Positions 27,400 through 40,347 of a stretch of 64,000 nt of DNA are shown here, in pieces. How positions within the stretch are numbered: position 1 is the first letter of the stretch; each line of letters starts with the position of its first letter. The DNA comes from Dimorphilus gyrociliatus (taxonomy: Eukaryota > Animalia > Annelida). Location of the stretch: positions 2,351,891-2,415,890 of the forward strand of contig CAJFCJ010000002.1 of NCBI GenBank assembly GCA_904063045.1. Direction: 5' to 3'. Made by a program: the position numbers and the translations under genes. The notes under the pieces are model-generated. The model worked only from the letters and a program-made list of their open reading frames with translations, was not told where the DNA came from and made no database searches.

Positions 27400-28223
27400 A
27401 TGTAGAAAAACTCTTGAAGAAGGCAGTAGAAAAATAGTCTAAAATAGATAGATATCTCTATATAACGAATATAATTCAGATGTCACTACTTTTCCCACGA
27501 AATACATGTTGTTTTTTTTTCAAGCTTGAAAATATCCAAAAAAAAAAAATGGACGATTGACTAGGAAAGTAAAATAACAATAATAGGAGAGGAAAAAATC
27601 CTCTTCTTAGCCATTACTATTCAATATTTTAACAATTCATCCAAGTGATTGTTAGAAAAGTATCCGTATGGCTATTATATATAGTTGTATACTTGAACAG
27701 AATCCAGACATAAATAGAAATATCGGTATATTTCAAAATCTACAAAACGCTTTTCAATTACGTTTAAAAGTTTGAATAAGCTTTTTTATTGGCCAACTTT
27801 ACTGTATGTATAAAGCATATTTACTTCCAGATATTTTTCTGTTATATTTCCCTTTTCTTTCTCCTTCTCTCTCTCTCTCTCTCTTAAAAGCTACTTCCTG
27901 TCGTAATCTTTCATTTTTTACAACTTTAATAAAACTGGTCTATATTTATTCAAAGACAATATTGATTTGTAAGTGAAAAAATGAAGTAGGGCTAATTTAA
28001 ACATGTTAAAATTACTTCCTGTGCAAATCAATAATCAACGGATCTATATTGCTTAATATTGTTTGAAATACTTTTCTTCTTATTTGTATATAGCACAGTT
28101 TACCCTCGATTAGTCACTCCTTTTTTATTTTCATTTAAATAACAAAAATATATTAAAAGATGTAGCGATTATAATAAAAAATACTGTAAAAACTACAGGA
28201 AAAGCTTATCTCAATCCTTTTTA

Positions 28224-30660
28224 TCATGGAAAATGTTCGCGTTTTGGGAAAACAACTACGTTAGGAGGGTTCTCACCCTCTAGCCATAACCACTGATCAC
28301 TATCTTCTTTTCTTATGTCCACGCCCTTTCCGTTGTAGTGAGGGGGGTTTGGGGGAATGGGTGGAGGTAATGTTATATTTGGACTTGTTAAATTCCACTT
28401 TGATTTAAGATCTGTTTGAGGCATACCAGTCAAAAAATCTTTTGGAGGTATTGGAGGAGGTTGTGGAGCACCTCTACCAGAGTTTTTAATAATAGGAGTT
28501 GGTGCAGCATCCGGCTGTCGATACTTTTCTTTTTTATTTTTTTTTGGTTTCGGCTTTTTCTCAGGAGCTGCAGCATTCTCAGTAGGAGGAGGAGGAGGAG
28601 GAGGGGGAGGATGTGGATGAGGAGGATCAGGTATGGAATGAGAGGCAATAGGTGGAGGATCAGGAATGCTAGAAGAGGAAGCAGGTGGAGGTTGAGTCCT
28701 TCTGTAAATGTGTGTACATCAGCTACAATAAGCCCTTAAGGAAGATTCATTCTACTTACACTATGACTTTTTCCAAGGTAAGAGCAGGAGGCCCATTCAC
28801 CGATTGTCCATCTACTGTTGAACCATTTTTACTTCCCCAGTTACTTAACAGTACCTGGTTAAAATTTGAATTGTGACTTTGAACATTATCCGTTGTTAAA
28901 TTACTCCTTGGAGGAATTACTGGGGGAATTGATGAAAGATTATCGGTAGCTGAAATCTCTTTAGATATATTGACATAATCAGCCACCACATCTTCAGGTG
29001 GTGGGTTTAATGTAGGGGTTGTAATAATTGATATGGGATTATTCTTTGTATCAGGGGTATCTGTTGGTGGAGGTACAGGTAAAGGTTTATCCTTCTTTGG
29101 ATATTTCTTTTCTTCTTCTTTACTCACTTTCGACATTCGCCTTCGTGATAAGTTTTTATATACAAAGATCATCTTTTAATGATATTTAAAACAAAACACT
29201 TACCTCCAAAAGTAGATGGCAATTCCGATTATTGTAAATAATACAACACTTCCTCCAGCAGTTATACCGAGAACTGTAAATGTTTGGAAGCTATTCGTAT
29301 TCATACTATTCATTATCTAATATCTCTTACCTGCGCCTAATCCCAAAGGATTACTTGAATTTTCTGTTTGTTCTGGTGGAGCTGTTTCAGCCGTTGTATT
29401 TAAATATATAGTAGTAACAACTGCTGTTGATGGTGGTTCTGTCCAGAGGGGATTCTTTCGGTCTGATAGTGAAGTTTAAACATGAACTTTAAACTTGTAT
29501 CTCAATGCATAATTATCAAACGTACTAAATTCACAGACAAAATTGTTTGAAGTATCAGCTATACTCTTTGTGACCCACATTGATATGTTACCATTTGTTA
29601 TTACATTGACCAAACGTTGATCTTTAGGATGATTTGGAGCCCAGAAGAATTTATTTATCACATCTTCTCCTTTTGCGATATCCCATTTCCAAACTGCTTT
29701 TGATAGTCCAATCCATATAGGCTCTCTTGGAATAGGAAGGTTAAAAGTCTCGTTACTTTTCTCGATAAAAGCGTTAGTCCACTCTTGGGAAGTAATTTTT
29801 GCCAACTGCCCATCATTCTTTTCACAATCTTCTATAGCTTCATAATAATTTATTGTTTTATCAATATTCATCTCATAACAGATATCGTTTCTTGTAAAAC
29901 TCGCCTTCACATTTTTTTGACAATCGCTATATCCCTCTGAGCTAATAAAAAATTTCATTTAAAAACTGAACTTGCTATTCAGAATTCCTACTGTTATTCC
30001 TACCTTTTTTTATATTCACACAAGGAACCTATTCGAAAACTACAACTTGTAAGTCTCCACTTTCCCGCTAAATGTTGTAGATGGTCATGAGTTTGGTAAT
30101 ACGGTAATAGAGAGACACAAGATTTTCCAAAACCATCGCTATTCAATCCTTCCCAATTCTTATATGAATTGTCCTCCACTATATAGGGAGAAATATACAA
30201 ATGGACAAATATGTTTTTCATTAAAAGGATAATTTGAAAACTAACCTTTTGTGCCGTCAATCCATTTCCAGTCTACTTGCGCTGCGAAACCTCCCAACCA
30301 CACTTCAGTTCCTTCGGTAACGTTTTCACTAAGAAGCATATGAGTTAGAAAATTGCGCTGTTCTTCATTTTTTACTGCAGCTAAGCGACCGTTTTGACTA
30401 GCGCAATATTCTCTTGCTTTCTCCCATGTAAAGGCAGAAGAGTTTGTATATAGTTTATAACATTTAAATTCGCCAACATTTGGCGTCATTTCCCATTTGG
30501 GATTGCAGTCTGAAAATTTGAATTCAGAATTATTCATCGAAATTTCGAAATTTATTAGATAATACGTTAAAATACCTGTGTCGTTCCAATTTCCCCAACA
30601 AAATACCAATAGGTGAATAAAAATAACAGAAATTTTAACTATTCTTACTTCGTATGACAT
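28224..30660 (-). CDS. Type-I membrane receptor with two C-type lectin domains and a long Pro-rich cytoplasmic tail
   Basis: Signal peptide, CTLD motifs FKCYK..TWEKAREYCASQNGRLA..WLGG and WIGL..FVCE, Thr-rich stalk, TM VLGITAGGSVVLFTIIGIAIYFW, poly-Pro tail ending ..VFPKREHFP*. Confidence 0.85.
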
Positions 30661-31138
30661 ACTTATGGATAATATTTATCCTTATTTATCCTATTTTTGA
30701 ATAGAGACAGCAAAGCTTGATCTCTTTATCTATTATCGGAAGGGTGTCTCCCCTGTCAGCTATTTACAGAGGAATAATTGCATTTTTCTTTAAAAAAGAT
30801 TGCAGGCCTATTCACTAACTCACCTTCTAGAAGAAAAATATTATGTCACGATTTTCGATTCCTGTTGATTTCTGAATAAAGTAGACAAATGTTACGGTTT
30901 GTGGCTAACACCTTTTCAAATTATTTATAAGTTTTCAAGTTTTCTTCTCGTAATATTCTTTAATCAGCATGTAAAAACTGACTTTAAAGGTTTAATGTAC
31001 GACATATTATCCCTACGTTTCACGTTCAAGCATGTTCTGCGAAAAGTGTTAGTATTCGTTAGGCCTTCAATTTAAGGCTCTGCCCCTTTCAGATCGAAGA
31101 AATCTACCTTAAAAAAGAAAACAAGCAAAAAAAGAACT

Positions 31139-31151
31139 CCAGTAGATGGCG
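31139..31151 (+). promoter_or_regulatory. CTCF-like motif CCAGTAGATGGCG, best of several copies in the window
   Basis: Matches the CTCF consensus CCASYAGRKGGC. The core TAGATGGCG recurs at 1642, 3023, 35817, 49471 and 56578. Confidence 0.6.
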
Positions 31152-32068
31152 TTCAAACTGTGAGAAGTAAATACGGTATAATTTAAGAAAATGAAACAAT
31201 AAAGAAGTTTTATTAATAAAAATTTCAAGCTTTTTTGCATAAGAAATAAAAGAAAAGTTGAAAGAAATGAGTTCTAATTGACATTCAACAAGTTAAACTT
31301 TCTTTTTTTAACTTAATAAAACTTTGGTGAATTTTCAACATTTTACATATTTCTTGTGAATCAAATGAAGTTTCAAAGTATAAGTTTAGGTTAAAACAAC
31401 TTGAAAATTACTAAGAAAATGTCAACATTTGTCCCCTAGAGTTCATTAATTAAGATTACTTTTACTCTACGTTACGTATGTTAACCTTAATACAAGTATT
31501 GATTATGTAATTGTAATGTATACAACAACATTTATATTTGTATTTAAAATTGGAGCAAATTATAATAATAATTTTTAATTTATAATAATAAATAATAAAT
31601 AAACGAGGTAAACATAGTGAATTTTTTGTGCTCTATTCTAAAAGTGATCGGGTGTTTGATATTCATTGGTTGCTTTATGATAATCCTCTTGGATTAATCT
31701 AGTGTTTTCGCAAAAACAAAGATTAGATAGAGAGTTCTGTTAAAAAGAGCAATATATATGTTTTCTATATTTCTTTTTAACAATGAATAAGTAGGGAAAA
31801 AATGAGTAAAACTGTTAGCAAAATTCCAAGGAGAACGTCAAATCTGATGTTTTTTTATCTTTTTTTTGTATATATGATACAATAAATACTATTGTATCTT
31901 GTAGATGAGAGGAAATCCTTTTAAAAGTGTATTTCTATATGCGTGCTTCCAAATAATGACGCACTTATATATCACAATTTCGATAGTTATATATGTTTTT
32001 AAAGATGCAGACGTCTATTCAACAGGAGTCATCCCTCCTTCTCTTCTTGATTCCTTTCGAGACACTAG

Positions 32069-33635
32069 TCATGTCTTTTTTTCAGTGAATGCACTCATAA
32101 GTTCTAAGAGATAAAATATTTTAGACATTATTATACAATGTATTGTTTGAAAATATTTTTGACCTACCAATAGGCAACGGGAAAATGATTGTCGAATTCT
32201 TCTCGGCAGAGATTTGAGTAAGGGTTTGTAGATATCTCAACTGTAACGCTCCAGATGCTTCATTTATAACATCAGCTGCTTCTTTTAATGCTTTAGATGC
32301 ATTCTGTTCACCTTCAGCTGCTATTACTTTTGCCCGTGCATCTCTGGTTGCTTCTGCCTCAGCTGCCATAGCTCTTTGCAGCTGAACGGGTAAACGTACG
32401 TCTTTGATTTCAACTCTTTCAACTTTCACTCCCCAAGGGTCAGTACCTTCATCAAGAGCATTCTGTCACAATTGTTTGTAATTAATAAAGTAAACTAATG
32501 TGTTTATAAACTCTTACTTGCATATTTACTGCAACACTTTCACGTTCGGACAGAATTTCACTTAAAGTCCTCGTTCCTAAGATATTTCGAAGGGTTGTCT
32601 GCGACAATAAACGAGTTGAACGAGAACAATCTTCAACGTTTACGACAGACATCATAGGATCAGAAATTCTGTAGTAAACAACGGCATCAACGGAGACAGT
32701 TACTGAGTCCTTGGTTAAAATTTCTTGAGGAGGTACATCAAAGGAGATTGTACGAAGATCTACTTTCACAAAATTATCTATACAAGGAATGATAAAGAAC
32801 ATTCCAGGTCCTCTTGCGCCGGGTAGAACCCTACCCAGTCTAAATATAACTGCCCGTTCATATTCCTGAACCAGTTTAAAGCAAAGAAAAATAGATATCG
32901 GAAAGGTAAGAAAGAGAACAACCAGAGAGACTGCCTTGAGTATCATCTAAAAAAGAGAGATGAAAAGTGTTTAAAACTTTAAAATTAATATGAATAAACA
33001 TGGTAAATTTTACCCCACAGCAGCCTGATTCATCTTCTCCTTCATTATCTCTATGTCTTCCTAAAATATTCAAATTAAATCGATGTTACTTTTTGTTCTT
33101 AATAGAATTATTTCAAAATGCTGACTATCAAGTTTTCATTATAAAAATATAAATAGAGTTAGTTAGAGGTATATTTTAGAAATATCATCATTAATCCTCT
33201 ATTTTTAATGATTGTAGAAAAAAGACAATGAATTATTGAACAAATAATTTTAATGGAAAGAACTCCTAAACCAAAGTCATGTATAAATTGAATATCAAAT
33301 GAGGCTGTAGCATCAACTATTCATTATTATATATGTCTATATTTCTAATTCATACTTTCACCAAGTACACTTTCGTCGTCTTCAATTTAACTTATCTTCT
33401 CTATGTAACAATTATACTAAAATATGTTCAAAACTTACAACTAAATACCTAAATTTCAATGTTTATTTATAAATTAATCTTATCAAGTCATTAACAAACA
33501 ACAACCTTCACTTATGTAGATTTCTTCACTTAAAAACTCATAATACTGATTTTATAAATCCTAACTTTTCCTTTTGAGATTTTTTCGTACGTCGGAAGAA
33601 GAATTTATAAATTTCTTACCTTTAGAGTTATCCAT
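32069..33635 (-). CDS. STOM: Stomatin / MEC-2-like band-7 (SPFH) protein
   Basis: MDNSK / [16 protein letters not shown] / ..[54 protein letters not shown] / ..[36 protein letters not shown] / [11 protein letters not shown]. Confidence 0.95.
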
Positions 33636-35622
33636 ATCGAATCAGAGAAAGATGATATGATAGACTTATATCAATGGTGCAGCTTTATTCGCTTTTTATT
33701 ACGGTAGATAATTTAGAGTGGTTATATAGTACGGAACGATGTACGCCTCCTGTTCTCTCCTTGGGAACTGGTTCCAATTAGTTATCGTATGGTTCCTTGC
33801 TCGAATATATACACATATATATATATTAAGGTTGAATTATAGGACTATCGGTTAATCGCCTAGATACGTGACGCTATGAAAACACTACGGTGAAACTGAG
33901 TAATGAGCACAAAAATATTACGATATTTTTAATTTACAATTCCGATTTTTATCGATTTCGAACAATTGCAAATGAATACTACTTTGATAGACTTTAGTTG
34001 TTTATTCAATTAGCAAAGAGATCCACCCATATTGGTTAGGTAATATACCATACTTTAATATTTTATTTCTTTAAATTAGAGTGATCAATATCTCTTTTCT
34101 TATCTAACATAATATAGATTTTCGTCGAAAATACACTACCTACGTCAGAATACGTAAATTGAAGTGGAAAAAAAAGGAGAATGCTATATTTTTATTAAAT
34201 ATAGAATTCTTCAAATATTATAATTTTACTTTAGGAAGGAATTTCGTCAGTGTTTTATGAGTTATCGTTTATTATTTTATCTTTTTTATCTTAGATAAAT
34301 TCCCTTAGCTAAATATATTCGTGTAGGACGAAAAGAAGATGAATAATAACAAGTATGAAAGAAAAATGTTATTTACATTAGATTTCATATTGAATAAAGT
34401 CTATATCTAGGAAACAAATCGATTAATCTATACCATTTACACGTGTATAACACCAATTACTTATTAAAAGCATAGAAATTAACTTGAAATTATTCAAATT
34501 TCAAACAAAAGTTTAACTTTCAATATAAATTTTAATAGTCAAAGTAACGAAAAATACATTTTGACATTGATTAACAAAATATTTCTTTCAAATTATATAA
34601 AACAATTCTTGTGTTATATCAAAAGAAACGGGAGAGCAATAACTCTTTCAACTGGGAATATATCTTCCAATCAATTATATAATCGATTACGTTGGATTGA
34701 ACTAGTGCATTGAGAGATTGTTAAATTCTTAATTAAATGAGACAAAGTAATATTTCTTTCTTTTGAAAGGAAAAAAGGATTGTTCTAATGATACTATACA
34801 ACTTTATCAATATCATTTTTTAACGCTTATCTGGTTTTGATAATAAAAAAAGTAAAATATGTTTTATTCCATTTCTTTCTTCTTCTTCTTCTACTTCTTC
34901 TACTTCTTTGTAATAAAACAAACTATATTCGATTTTTAGGAAACACCATCCTCATTGTCATATTTAGTCAAAATATGCAAATATGACTTAATATTTAACC
35001 ATTAATAATAGAGATAAAGCTAGTATAGTATTATATGAATGCTATAATATCTTGTAATTTTTTCTCATTGTCTATAAAAAAGACTGTTTTCAGATAATGA
35101 CTTTCCCATTTCCCTTTTCAAATACATGAATAGAATAAAGTATCTCTTATAATTGCAACGATCCACATATTGACATTTAACATAGATGGTATCACACTAG
35201 TTACTATCATTTCGTTGCTTAAATACTTTCCTCCTTCCGTAATGTAGTTATTTAAACTTGACAGTTTACTTAAAAAAGATAAAGATAATCTCCGATAATG
35301 ATTTTAATTAAACTATTCATCAACTTTCTATTTCTTGTAAGAAGAAATTTGTCAAATATATTCATTTGAAAATGTATTTCTTAGTTTAAATGATATTTAG
35401 AAGATAGTTTGAGTAACCTTCTCAATGATATACTCCTGTTTTGAGCAAATACTCATTTGCCCTTCAGAGCAAACTCGCTGACTTTATTGCGCGTTACGGT
35501 AATGCTAGTTATTGTAAAAGTTTAATGAGGTTACTTAACGCTCTGCTAAAAAGGCGTATTTTTTATTTGCTCTGTTCGTAATGGGAAGTTGATATAAATA
35601 GGGCGAATCTGAACCATATATT

Positions 35623-35741
35623 GTATACGGCCATACGACGTTACAAGCACCGGTTCTCGTCCGATCACCGAAGTTAAATGACGTACGGCCCAGTCAGTAC
35701 TTGGATGGGAGACCGCCTGGGAACACTGGGTGCCGTATTCT
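35623..35741 (+). rRNA. 5S rRNA gene (copy 1)
   Basis: GTATACGGCCATAC...CTCGTCCGATCACCGAAGTTAA...AGTACTTGGATGGGAGACCGCCTGGGAA; compensatory pairing in the helices; T-run terminator immediately after. Confidence 0.97.
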
Positions 35742-36121
35742 TTTTTCCTTTATTGTTTTTTTCAAATCATTTTTTACTCATTAGTAAAGATGACAATTTT
35801 TGTCTTCTTTTTAAAGCGCCATCTACCTTAAGCTTTTTAATCATTTAAATCTAACATTTATTTAGAAAATTATAAATACAAACGAGTCTTTATTAATCTG
35901 ACATAAATGCAAAGAAAAGTAAAAAGATACTCTAAGAATGATAAAAAATTCTCATGTAAAAAGAACGAAAAAAAAAGAAGAGATTTCTGGTAAATCACCA
36001 TTTCAGATCGTAATTGTCTAATACTAATTTGTTAAATTCAACTTATTAAAATTCGTCAACACAGCCTTACAAAATAAGAACAATAATCTAAAGTTATATC
36101 TTCATAAGTTCCATTTACACT

Positions 36122-37869
36122 CTATCTTTCAGGATAAATTGTTGAGTACTTTGGCGGTTTTAATTCGTCTAGTTGATGACCTAAAAAGAAATTAATATTC
36201 AATTATATAATATTAAAATTTATAATTGAATTATTAATAGATTAAAAATAATTTGTTTACCAGTTACTTCTTCATAGGGAGGTGGAACCGGTAGTACAGT
36301 TGCTTGATTATAGGAAGGAGGTTCAACTCTAGAAGCCATATTTGGTGGAATATTAACAACTGAAGTTTGCCTTCTCGCAAAATTTCTACGACTTGATAGT
36401 GCGCCATTTCTTCTATATTTTCTTTGATTTATGAAACTATTTAAAAACAAATTATGAATAAATTAACATAATTTGTATGTAAAACATCATCAAAAAAATA
36501 TTAATATACTTACCGACAGAAAAAAACAAGACCAATAGCAATAAAAATCAAAAATCCAACTGCTCCACCAGCTATTGCCTTTGCTGAAAGTTATTAAAAA
36601 CAATTTTGATAAATCAACCAATATTATATGAGTTTATATTGTGAGAAGAAAGAAATTACAAACTTATTATGCTGATATTTAAAACATTATGGCCCTTATT
36701 ATTCGATGGATCAGTAGGTACGTGTCTCGTTGTTGTTCTTGTATCATCATGATATTCTGTATAATGTAAGAAAAAATATTTATTAATTGTTTTCGTATAA
36801 AAGATAAAAATTTAAAGAATAATTTAATTTTAGACCTTTTTCACAAAGAAATGGATATGGTCGTTGTGGTTGACTTTCCTCAATTGTTGCCCATTTTAAG
36901 GTGGCTCCATTTAATAATAAAGTTAATCTATCAGAAACTGGCTCATGCTCTTGCCAATAAAAACTCTTTATCATGTCACCATTACTAAATCTCCAAGGTT
37001 TGTTAGTTAAACCAAGCCATACTGGAATGTTTCTGTATTGAAGAGCATTACGAAACTTTGTGTAAACTGTTCGATGTATTCTCTCATCGGCTAATTCCCC
37101 TCCAAGCAATTGGCAGTGAGTAGATGCTTCATAAAAATTGTATCTATTATAGGATAAACTATAACATTTGTCTCCGTAGCTTTTCGTAATATTTAAGACT
37201 TTTCGGCACGAACTGCTGTATCTGATTAGAGTTAACTCAGTTAAAAAGAAATCATTTTATATTATTTTACTCTGTTCTTACATTCTTGGCATTTGACAGA
37301 TGTATCGATATTTAGTCAGACAATCCTCAGGTCTAATATATAATGAAGAATACTTCAAGAATAGTGCACCACAGTTGAAAGAGCTAGATTTTTCGCGCAT
37401 GTTATCTTAAACAAAACAAATCGGGTTAAATATCTTTTACAGGTAGAGTAAATAGAATAAACTACTAACATTGTCTATTCTTCATTGTTACCCAATTTCC
37501 CAATTCAGAATAACCATCTACTCTAACTTTTGATATTCCATAATACTTTCTAGATAAAATTACCAATTTCGCTTGATACATGTCTTCTGCAGTTATAATT
37601 TTGGCTAATTTTCCATTATGTATCTCACAAATACGTGCAGGTTTTCCAGTGTTTTCACTTCCAGAGAAAAGTCTATAACATTTAATTTTGGCTGTCTGAT
37701 TCAAGTAACGATTTCCCATATTTGGACAATCTGTTGAAAGAAATATAAGCATCTTAAAAAGATTAATTAATAAAATGTTTTAAAGTTTCTTACCGAATGA
37801 GTATACTGTTAAAACCTTTAAAATACTTAGAAATAAAATTGTCACGACAACATAAGTTTGAGACACCAT
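36122..37869 (-). CDS. Type-I membrane receptor with two C-type lectin domains and a triple-PPxY tail
   Basis: Signal exon MVSQTYVVVTILFLSILKVLTVYSF; CTLDs (KCYRL..CEIHNGKLA; KCYSL..HCQLLGGELA..WLGL..FLCEK); TM AIAGGAVGFLIFIAIGLVFF; tail with PPSY, PPPY, PPKY. Confidence 0.85.
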
Positions 37870-38529
37870 TTTCTATTGTTTTGATCCTATCAATTGATCG
37901 TTCAAGCCAATATTACTATTTTTAAATACGTTCATTAACGATCAATGACATTAGTATAACTATTGATTCACAGTTTTGAATAATATTTGTGTTTAGTCTC
38001 TTCCGTATTCTGATTAGTCTGTGGAATACCTGGATGTGAAAATACGTTTTATCACTCATCAGGGTGACTCATTCCCTAGAAAAAGGTCACGACCAAGCTC
38101 TAAAATTTTTATTTAATTTTTTTCTTTAATTATCCAAAATTACTAAAATCGTACAAGATATTTTGACCGAAAAATAAAAGAAACATACATTTAATAAAAA
38201 CACTGTAGCTTTAAATGAAAACTGGTACTGTTTTTTTCCTTTTTGTTACAGCAATAATTTGTTTGAATTGAAAGGGTTATTCCAGACTCTAATTGCAACA
38301 GCATAACGTTTCGTCATTGTATTTCTTAATAGAAAATAATTACAAAAGAAAATAATATACACTATTTTTCCATAATTAGAATTTTTCAAAGCGTTTCCAA
38401 CTAGATAAAAGGAAAAATAATGATTTGGAATAATGTTAGTTATAACCTCTCTACTATTTCAACATAAAGGTACAATATGTTAGATAAACAAAGAGGGTAA
38501 ATGATTTGAAAAGAAAAAATAGAAGAAAA

Positions 38530-38648
38530 AGAATACGGCACCCAGTGTTCCCAGGCGGTCTCCCATCCAAGTACTGACTGGGCCGTACGTCATTTAACTT
38601 CGGTGATCGGACGAGAACCGGTGCTTGTAACGTCGTATGGCCGTATAC
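38530..38648 (-). rRNA. 5S rRNA gene (copy 2), identical to copy 1 and inverted
   Basis: Reverse complement matches 35623-35741 base for base, including 28 nt of upstream flank. Confidence 0.97.
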
Positions 38649-39075
38649 AATATATGGTTCAGATTCGCCCTATTTAAGCATACCTAACCATCATTTAAAA
38701 AAGTTAAAAAAGGCTCTAATTTTCACTAAAACTTGTTTGGTTGATTACTAGTAAGCGATTAAACTATAGGCTTTTCCTTTCTAAAAATATCCCACAATTC
38801 TAATAAATTTAATGTACCCAATCACGAAATATGACCTATTGATAAGATGGATAATAATACACAAAATTAGACAGTAGAAACTATTAGCAATCGAAAATTG
38901 AAAACCTTATAAAAGAAAAAATGCCATCTACAGGTTATTTATAATCGAAAAACGTTCTTACTACGTTAAATGAGTCATCAAAACGTACACTATGCGATTG
39001 TAAACGCAATAATATATTTCAGTATAAATACTAACTTTTCATCCGCAGTAAGAACGAAGCTTCACTCTCTACATT

Positions 39076-40347
39076 ATGTCTGTCCCAGAAGTATCGCAAG
39101 CTGTTGAGCTATGCATCCTGCTGGATTGTACTGGAAGCATGTGTCGCGAAATTAATACTATTCGATATGAAATGAAAGAAGTCATCTCTAGTTTGATCGA
39201 AACTCAACGCTGTAACATTCAGGTTTCTCTTCTCGAGTTTAGGGATCACAGTCATCTGGAACCTACTTTTCTGGTGAAAACTCATCCATTTACGAGATCA
39301 ATAAAGGAATTTGACAGATGGTTCGAGGAGGCTGAAGGATTTGGAGGTGGAGATATACCTGAGGGTATTACTCAAGCAATATATGTTGCATCTACTATGA
39401 GTTGGCAAGAAGAATCAATAAAAATTTGTATCCTTGTCACGGATGCTCCACCACATGGACTTCATACAGAAATTGACTCCATGCCTGAGGGAAACGAGAG
39501 AGACCTTGTCAAATTAGTTAAAGATATGAATGATAGTGGTTTTTCATTATATGTTTTGGGACGTGGTAAAGGTATTACACCGTATCAACATTTTTACGAA
39601 GCCCTTGCACATCTTGGAGGAGGACAATACTTTAAACCCTATAAGTTATTTTTGTTCAGTAAAGTTTTAAAGTCAGATATTTTGGCTGAAATTAACTTGC
39701 AAAAAATGCTAGAAGAACTTAGAGAGGATGTTGAAGGGTGTGAATCAATGGATCTTGATGAACTAATTGACTCAGTATATTCGAGATTTAGATTGAAAGG
39801 TCCCAGTATGAGAAGCAGGTCTCATAAAAGAATTTCAAAGAAAGCCCAATTGTATCTTGAATGTAACGATTTGAAAGAGATGAGATCGATATTTGAAAAG
39901 GAAATGAAGAGTGGACGAAAATTTCAAAACTCGGATACAGAGAGAGGATATAGGAGGGGCACAAGGGAGAGATCTTTATCATTGACTGATTCCGATTCCA
40001 ATGATGATATTCACCTTTTCAAACGAAGGTCCCCTTCACCGAGAAGACACAGGAGATTTCATCACAAACGAAAGTTCTTCAACTCAAAATGCTCTCGAAG
40101 AAGACGTTTTAGCAGATCGCGATCGAGATCCAGGTCCAGAAACCTATCCAGATCAAGGTCCAGATCAAAATCGAAAAGTAGATCAAGATCAAGATCAAGG
40201 TCGAAAAGTAGATCAAGATCAAGGTCTGCATCTAAAAGAACTACAATCAGAATTCCAAGCTCTGCAATGAAATTACCTAAGAAAACGCTGAATCATACAA
40301 CTGTTCGACAATTACTTAACAAAACTAGAGCACTCCGCAAATATTAG
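39076..40347 (+). CDS. Intronless vWA-domain protein (vwkA-type vWA) with C-terminal RS-repeat tail
   Basis: LLDCTGSM (MIDAS), EFRDH, GGGDIPE, LVTDAPPHG; tail SRSRSRSKSKSRSRSRS; TATAAATA at 39023-39030. Confidence 0.85.
   Translation: MSVPEVSQAVELCILLDCTGSMCREINTIRYEMKEVISSLIETQRCNIQVSLLEFRDHSHLEPTFLVKTHPFTRSIKEFDRWFEEAEGFGGGDIPEGITQAIYVASTMSWQEESIKICILVTDAPPHGLHTEIDSMPEGNERDLVKLVKDMNDSGFSLYVLGRGKGITPYQHFYEALAHLGGGQYFKPYKLFLFSKVLKSDILAEINLQKMLEELREDVEGCESMDLDELIDSVYSRFRLKGPSMRSRSHKRISKKAQLYLECNDLKEMRSIFEKEMKSGRKFQNSDTERGYRRGTRERSLSLTDSDSNDDIHLFKRRSPSPRRHRRFHHKRKFFNSKCSRRRRFSRSRSRSRSRNLSRSRSRSKSKSRSRSRSRSKSRSRSRSASKRTTIRIPSSAMKLPKKTLNHTTVRQLLNKTRALRKY
40141..40230 (+). repeat. Imperfect coding tandem repeats (AGATCA hexamers; TCGAAAAGTAGATCAAGATCAAG twice) encoding the RS tail
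   Basis: Units start at 40171 and 40201. Confidence 0.85.

Noticed and set aside
33900-35450. Scattered exon-like fragments between stomatin and 5S copy 1
   Set aside because: No phase-consistent model could be built on either strand.
35400-38900. Spliced-leader RNA linked to the 5S genes, as in nematodes
   Set aside because: No leader with donor plus Sm-site pattern was recognisable near either copy.
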